A DNA stretch of 64,000 nt from Anthoceros angustus. Its lineage: Eukaryota; Plantae; Anthocerotophyta. The notes under the pieces are model-generated. The model was not told the DNA's origin. It searched no databases and worked only from the letters and a program-made list of their open reading frames with translations. This document shows positions 57,269-64,000 of this stretch, in pieces. The position numbers and the translations under genes were made by a program. The stretch is from contig VJWM01000007.1 in the NCBI GenBank assembly GCA_010909165.1, positions 62,001-126,000 of the forward strand, given 5' to 3'. Position 1 is the first letter of the stretch; each line of letters starts with the position of its first letter.

Positions 57269-60214
57269 ACCGTCATCCTCCCCAGCCCATGGGTCCCCTC
57301 GGTGGGGCCCATGTCTGCTCCCCTAGCGTAAGTCGAAGGGGCTCCTCCTTCTTGCGAGTCGGACCTCGAGGTCGGTCTCGACTCGAACTGAACTCCAGTC
57401 GGTTTATTTCGAGTCGGCCGGTGGGTCGGCCTCGTCTCGGGTTCGGACCTCGGGTCCTTATTCAGTCCAGTCCCCAAACTCGGACCCCTTCACATGGACC
57501 TCGTCTTGCTAGGTCCTCCTCCTTACCCAGACCCTTGTCTTGGTCGGGTTGGCTCCCCTGCACCCCTGGGCCCTCACCCCCTTCTCCGGATCGGGTGGTG
57601 GTGAACTTACCTTGGGGTCCGTTGCGTCCCGCTCCTCTTGGGGCTCCTCTCCTTCGCTGCCGTCGTCTCCAAACAGGGCCCCTAGGGTCCCTGTGCTGTC
57701 CCCGTGCCCTTCTTCCCCTCAGGCCTTCCGGTCCGTCTGGCGGTTGAGAGGCCTCCCGGGGGCTCGGTGTGGTAATAGGCAAAGTCCGAATCCACTTGTT
57801 GGATTGCCTCTTCCGTGTGCGGGCCGTACTCCCATAGGTGCTCGGGTGAGCTGTTGCCCCTTGTTGCTCCACCTCCCGCCAGTTTGATAGGCGGGGCTGC
57901 TTCTCCTTGTGCCAGGCCTCGGTCACCTCCGTGGCATTGCTCCCTCCAACTCCCTCGCTTGGTTGCACGCCATAAGCGTTCCCCTTCGCTTCCTCGGTGG
58001 ACGGCGGCTTCTTGCGCTTCGCCTCGCCTCTTGTCCATTACGGCATTAACTCCATCTCGCTCCAGACGGTGAACCCGCGGCTGCGGGCTTCACCGCCTTC
58101 TCCATCTCGCGCGTCACGCTCCTGTTCCATCGCCTCGACTCCGTGCAGGCCGGGTGGCTCTCATCGCGTTCGCGACCATGTCCTGAACTACCATTCCTCT
58201 CAATGATAGTTTGGGCTGCTCAAAGTCTCCTTGCGGTCCTCCATCTCCTGCCCGGCTCCACCTCCGGGCAGTGGAGATCCTCCATCTCCTTGTCGCGAAC
58301 TTCTTGGGCACAGGCGTCGCTTGCTCGCCACCTCCTGCTCCATCTTGAGGGGGTGGGCGCTCTATCTCGCTCGAAGTCTTGGATTCTCCATTGAGAATTC
58401 CTTGCTTTCCAAGCGTCTTGGGTTGTAACTCCAAGGTGTCCTTCTTGTCCTCCGCTCCGCCTCCCTTCTACCTCCTGCTGCGCACAGGTCCCGATTTCCG
58501 GGTCTTGGCCTCAGTGTTTGCGGCTCGTCAGGCTTGCTCATGCCACACGCTCGGCCTTGATTGGCCGTGGCTCTCTCGGCCGCCTCCCTCCGGTTCGATC
58601 ACGCCGATAGTGATCGCGATCGGTCGGCTGGCCTCCGCCTCCTTGGCCACCTTCACGAGCCTCTCGGCTTGGCTCTGGTCGGTCGGCCTCGCGGATCCGC
58701 CCGTTACGCTTCGGGCGTCCTCCGCTTCTGTGCGCTCGCCCCTCTGCTGCGGAGGTCCTCCGCCCGCGCTTGGGCCTCCTTGGCACCTTGGCTCCTCCAG
58801 TGAAGGAATTTGGTCCGGTCCTTGCGGATGGACGGACCTCCCTCTCGCCTCGGCGTTTCCCTTCCTCAATCGGCCGAGGCTTGCCTTCCTTCTCGCCTCC
58901 TGGGCTCCCTCAAGCTGCTCAGAGGAGTACCATGCGCCTCGGGTGGCTTCTACCTCCACAGGTCTTCTCGGCCATCCAGAGACCCCAGGCATCCATGGCC
59001 AGTGGCGGACCGCCGTGTTTCTTCCACGGCTGTGAGGCTCCCACAAAGTCCGTGGCGGGGCCGGCATCTCACGATCCAGGACCTCCATACAGATGGGGTA
59101 AGTCGGGGGTTCTCGGACCTAATCGGGACCCTTAGGTCACGAGTCTTTGGCTCGGGCTTCCCTCCTTGGCCCTTTTGCGCGAGCTCCTTCTCGCCCTTTT
59201 CTCCACAGGGCTCGGAGGAGGTGAGGTCAGGAGCAAGCCTTTGCCCCTTCACATCGGCGGACCGGCTCGAGTCTGTGCTGCAGTGTCCTCCTGCTCCACA
59301 GGCGCGTCCTTCGCCCTCCTTCACTTCCTCCTTCTTGCCACTCAGGTGGCGGGGGTAAGTCTTGGCACCGGAGTGCAGCGTTGGTAGCCGTGGTCTTGCG
59401 TCTCTTGGCTCCCTCACAGTCGGCGGGGCTCCTCGGTAGGAGTGGTGGCGTGGCGGGGCTGCTGGGGTCGGGCTTCTGCTGGGTGCTCTGGTTGGGGCAC
59501 CGAGGAGGAGGCGGGAATTTCTTCCATACTTCCACAGGTGGTGAGGGGTCCGTTCACGTATGGAGTCGGAATCCTCGATCGTCCTCCTCCAGTCCGTTTG
59601 GCTTTGACGATCGGCCTCCTCCCTCGCGCCCTTGCCGCTCCACTTGGCGGGGCCTCGGTCCTTTGGGCGCTCGCTCAAGCTCTCCTTCCTTGAGGAGCTC
59701 GAAATGCCCCATACATGGATCGGTATGGGGCGGCCCAGATGGCGAGGCTTCTCGGTCACAGCTTGCGAGCCTCTGGCTAAGCAGGCGAAGATAATCCTTC
59801 CCCATCCGCCCTCTTCCCGCTGCGCGTGCGAATACCAGATTATCACCAAGGTGATCCACCTTGGTGAGTAGGTTCGATGGACAATGATCCGGGCCGCCCT
59901 TACTCGGCAGCAGGTCGGATATCGACCAACCGTTGGTGGTCGTTGCGTCGAGCCTCGGCCATTGCGTGGTGCCCTATCTTCCCGCCGCCTTGAGGGGCTC
60001 GGCACTCCCCTCTTCCTCCTTTGGGCGGTTGTAGGCCGCTCGGGACCTCAAGGTCCATCGCCTTGGGTCCTCCGGAGGTTCTTGGACCGCACCTCCTTGT
60101 TGCCCGCATCTTCCGGGAACTCCGGACGGTGACCTCAAATGTCGGACCATCTGGAACACATCCATGCCTCCTGCACCAATTCTCCCCTTGGGCAGGCCCA
60201 AAGTCCGGATAGCG

Positions 60215-61070
60215 CGTCACAATGTTGCGCTCCACAAGGTTCCATGGCTCCCAAACTTCCAGGGCTTTTGGGTGCCATCGCCTTCTCCTCCCTTGGTTCA
60301 TGGCCGCCGGAGGCTGGCAGCGCGTTGCGCCTTCTTCGCGCGTTCGCTCGACCTCAGCGGTGAGCGGCGAGCGTCGTCCGAGATACCCGAGCGGTTGCGG
60401 GCGCGAGATCGTGTGTCTGCTGATGACCTTCTTGGCGCTCCGGAGTAACGGCGGGAGGCGCCTCTTCCTGTCGTAGCGCAGTGCATGGCAGCCGACCCGC
60501 CTCGCTTACTGCGGCCTTACGCGCGTACTCGGCCTTCTTGCCCGCGTCCGCGGCGTGAATACCCCTGCGGCCTCAGCAGGTCAGTCTGGGTGCATGCCCG
60601 TCCTCCACTCGAGTCGTGGCGTGGCTGGTCGTCCACGGCTCAACTCTAAGTTACTTTCCTGGCGTACTTATCACCGGGTCACAATGTTGCGCTCCACAGG
60701 TTCCATGGCTCCCAAACTTCGCGGGCTTTTGGGTGCCATCGCCTTCTCCCTTGGTTCTTTGGCGCTTGTCGGAGGCTGGCAGCGCGTTGCGCCTTCTTCG
60801 CGTTCTTGCTCGACCTCAGCGGTGAGCCGCGGCGTGTCTGTCCCGAGATACGCGAGGGTTGCGGGCAGAGATCGCGAGGTGTCTCGAGGCTGCCTTCCAG
60901 CCTTCCGCCTTGGGAGTAACGGCGGGGCGCCTCTTCCTGTCGTGGCGCAGTGCATGGCTTATTCGGCCTTACGCCTCCTTACTGCCTTACGCGCGCGCCT
61001 CTACGCCTTGGCGCGGCGTGAATACCTGCTATGGCCTCTGGCAGGTTCAGTCTGACATTGCATGCCCGTC
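60215..61070. repeat. About 460-bp tandem duplication at the start of the segment B accessory ORF
   Basis: TCACAATGTTGCGCTCCACA..GTTCCATGGCTCCCAAACTTC occurs at about 60217 and 60679, with collinear continuation. Confidence 0.88.
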
Positions 61071-61369
61071 CTCCACTCGGGTCGTCCGCGTGGCGTCGCC
61101 TGGTCAGTCGGCTCAACTTCTAAGTTACTTTCCTGGCGTACTTATCACTGGTCACAGGTGGGTCCGGACTTATCCGTTACCGTGGCGCCTGCCGTAGGTC
61201 CGTGCGTTCCTCACTCGGTCCGGAGTATACTCAGTGCCGTCAGGAGTGCTATCATATTTCCCCTTTTTAGCCTCATTTTATCCTTCCTCCTACAAAAAAC
61301 AAAACCCTACCTAATTTCTAACCCCCAAGTAGTCCACATACTCCCCTTCTCACTGTTGGCGTCTCGCCA

Positions 61370-64000
61370 ACACTAAGCGTGTCACCATCCGTTCACCGGT
61401 GGGGCAATTCACCATCCAAGCGGTGAGCGGACCCATTGGGGTATGCTACGACTTGGTAAGGTCCCATCCATCGTAGGTGGAGTTTACGAAGTGCATATGT
61501 CGGTATCGTAAGGAGGCGGATCTCCCTCCTTCACATACTCACGATTCTAAGGCGCTATCATGCCATAGTTTGCGTTGATTACATGCAGTTGCATTATTGT
61601 TGCGCCTCTTCCGTCCTCCGTATCTTTGCACAAACCCTAGCAACGCTCCGATTGGCTCTCTTCATCCGTTAAGCGCCTTTCCATCATGACCCGGAGTGTT
61701 GGCACCTCAAACTCGACCGGCATAACTGGTGAGGTCGATGTCTGAGTTCGTTGCGTGGTTACCTTCTGCCGTTACGAGCGCCCGATGGCGGCTTTGTATC
61801 GATCGTGCGCATAGTTAACCGTAAGCTTATTGAGGATCGGCGAGATAAGTCCATTGGTCTTCTCCGTCGGTCGTTGGCCTTGGTTGTAGGGGCGTTTCAC
61901 GATGTGTGATGCGAAATAGTCCGTCATTGCGTTATCACATCATTGAGGAAATGGGTTCCCCGATCGCTTACCAGCGGACACCGTACCTTGTGATGATGTT
62001 TTCGTGAGGAATTTGGCCACCGTGCTCATGATCCGTTCTAGCGACTTCCACACAGTGCGATGATCCGTTGCCACCAAGATGTACCGCTTTTGTGTGTGCC
62101 TGGTCGTTGGGTATGGGTCCAGCAGTCGATGCCCACTTCTCAAAAGGCGCTAGTGCTAGTATGGGCACTAACGGCCATTGAGTTGTGGCGTCGGCTTCCG
62201 ATCCGACAAGCATCACACTTCTTCACAATTGGTGTGTTTCCCCATACATGGTGGGCCACGATTACCCGACCTCAAGATTTTCTTGGTGGTGACTGCTGTT
62301 GCATAATGTCCACCACCTAGTCCTTCGTGCATCCCTTTATTACCACCTCCGTCTCACTTTGTTGGGTACCTTCGTTCCATGTCGGCCCCTTAAAGATGCA
62401 ACCGTTATACAGAAAGGCGGCGTAGTGCACAAAACTGCCACTGGACCGGTTCGATTCGTTTGGTAGCTCCATCTCCCATAGACCGTTCCAACTCATAAGA
62501 GGGCCGCGTCCTCCTTCTCACTTGGTCCATCCCCGGCTTGGTTTGTCGTGTGCTCCTCTTCCTCCTCTATCGCGCCACCAATTCCTCATCCAGGAAGGCG
62601 TCCTCTTGATCCTGCGGGGGAGGCTCCGTCTTTTTGGACAAGAAGTCGGCGTTTTGGTGTTGCTTCCTTGCCTAGTCTCCACCTCAAATGTGAACTCCAC
62701 AGCAGAATCCACCTCGCAATCCGTCCAGGACAAGTCGCCTTGTTCACCAAAGTGCTTGGCGCAGTGATCAACATAAAACCAAACTCATTGGGCGGAAGGT
62801 AGTGCAATTTCTTAGCGTATACCATTCCCAATGCCTCTCGCTCCGTAGTAGTGTACCTCGTTCGCGTCGTGAGCTGTCTTCCAGCGTAGTAGATTGGGTG
62901 ATCCCTCGTTTATCATCTTTTGGTGAGCACTACTCGATGGCGGGCGGCACATCCACGTACACATGGAATCGCTTCCCCGGTCCGGTCCTTTTAGTCTGGG
63001 GCCGACAGTGGTGCAGGTCTCGAATGCCGCCTCCTCTCGTCCGGGTCCATTCCTCCTCCTTCTGAGTAGCTCTGTTAGCACAGGCCCTCTTTGCAAAATC
63101 TTGGATGAAGCGCCTATAGTAACCCACCATGCCGGAATCCCGTAACTCCTTCAAGTTCGTTGGTGGGTGAGGATGACTTTCACCTTGTCTTGGTCCACCT
63201 CTATCCCTCTTGCCGACTCGGTGCCCCAACAAGATTCCCTCTGTCATGCAGTAGCATTCTCGGGATGCGAGCCGATTGAGTCTCCTACATCGTTCCAAAC
63301 ACTTCCATAATGTCCACGTGTTTGTCCTCCTCTCGTGCACACAGTCGTCAAGAACACCTCCATGAAGTCCCTCGGAAATTCCGGAAGACATTGGTCACCA
63401 TCCGCATAAATGATCCGGGTGCTCCATCCGAAGGCACTCCGTTTGTAGGCAAGCGTCCCCACTCCGTGGTGAATGTTGTCTTATCGGTCAGACTCCCTTA
63501 GGTGCAGCGGTTGTAGGAGTGGCCGTCAAGAAGGAGTAGGTACTCGATCCGCCACCTTGTCCGATATGTCCACAAAGGGCATGGGAAATGGTCCTTTTGT
63601 GGCGGCGTTAAGCTTTCTCGATCTGAGACCCGAATCACTGCTGCTTCTTGGCCACGACACAATGGCGCCACCCACTCCTTTATTCACGATTGGGAAGATG
63701 ATGTCGCTTCCGGATACTTATCCGGGACTTCCTTGACCTTGGCGAGTGCTTGGGATTGATTTATCTTGAATCCGAGGCACCGCTCGGCTTCGATCTATCC
63801 GGTGTTCCTTGTTTGAATGCCTTCATGTGACCTTGAAAGCGAACACCCTGAATTCCCCAACAAGGTGTGAGGTCTTGTTTAACTCCTGGCATATTGCGAA
63901 TTTTAGGAATTTCCTGGCGAACCTCCACGTCTTCCACATCGTCGATTGGTCTCTCTTTCCTCGCCCTTCTCGCTGCCATCATCCTCTACCCGCGGTTCAT
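61370..64000 (-). pseudogene. Ty3/gypsy pol (RT, RNase H, integrase with GPY/F), heavily frameshifted
   Basis: KTTFTTEWG, FMEVF(L)DD-like, GILLGHRV, GMVGYYRRFIQDFAK, FHVYVDV, GRIARWILL, HEGLGGGH, PLVPILALAPFEKW, KRYILVATD, ENIITRYG, WMGPYQVV. No additional archaeal-type RNase H or chromodomain was seen. Confidence 0.9.

Larger units (their letters stand above)
56229..64000 (-). mobile_element. Ty3/gypsy segment B (non-chromovirus, Athila/Selgy-like): RT, RNase H, integrase, accessory ORF, PPT, LTR, PBS-like site, start of gag; runs off the window
   Basis: See the pol and LTR features. The accessory ORF (about 60900-58000) is homologous to that of segment A: ERNIVTRYPDFGP, DHLGDNLV, WGRIIFACLA. 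Confidence 0.8.

Noticed and set aside
50292-61376. Dozens of overlapping 60-350 aa ORFs treated as separate genes
   Set aside because: They are frameshifted pieces or antisense shadows of the gypsy accessory ORF, LTR and gag in GC-rich sequence.

Overview
Eukaryotic nuclear DNA from a land plant, most likely a seed-free lineage with a compact genome such as a hornwort or lycophyte. This is inferred from 80-120 bp GT-AG introns, PLS-type PPR fragments and plant-type housekeeping genes. The window has three zones. (1) 1-21 kb is a dense cluster of intact genes (TTC4/TPR2-like, O-fucosyltransferase, coding-intronless MPP-beta, AT-rich F-box/Kelch, HMGB, RTF2, a RING E3) mixed with 5'-truncated CRE-like non-LTR retrotransposon ends. 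(2) 21-36 kb holds gene fragments (BRWD/PHIP, PPR, RING family), a pogo-type DDE remnant and several tandem repeats. (3) 36-64 kb is transposon-only. Its main feature is a roughly 12-kb element (about 36.0-48.3 kb) with a Sola-like/DUF7869-like DDE transposase gene on the minus strand. Transcribed divergently from it is a multi-exon gene that can be rebuilt, across 1-bp frameshifts, into a ParB/Srx-like domain fused to a beta-class N4-cytosine/N6-adenine DNA methyltransferase. About ten copies of an 18-20 bp GC-rich palindrome (GGCGCCGCATGCGGCGCC) are scattered through this element. It is followed by two oppositely oriented Ty3/gypsy (Athila/Selgy-like) segments, each with a single LTR that has the PPT on one side and a PBS-like site plus gag on the other. 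The repeats are full of 1-bp deletions while the single-copy genes are clean, so many TE frameshifts may be long-read consensus errors. All calls come from manual translation and recalled motifs; no database searches were run, and TE boundaries are approximate.
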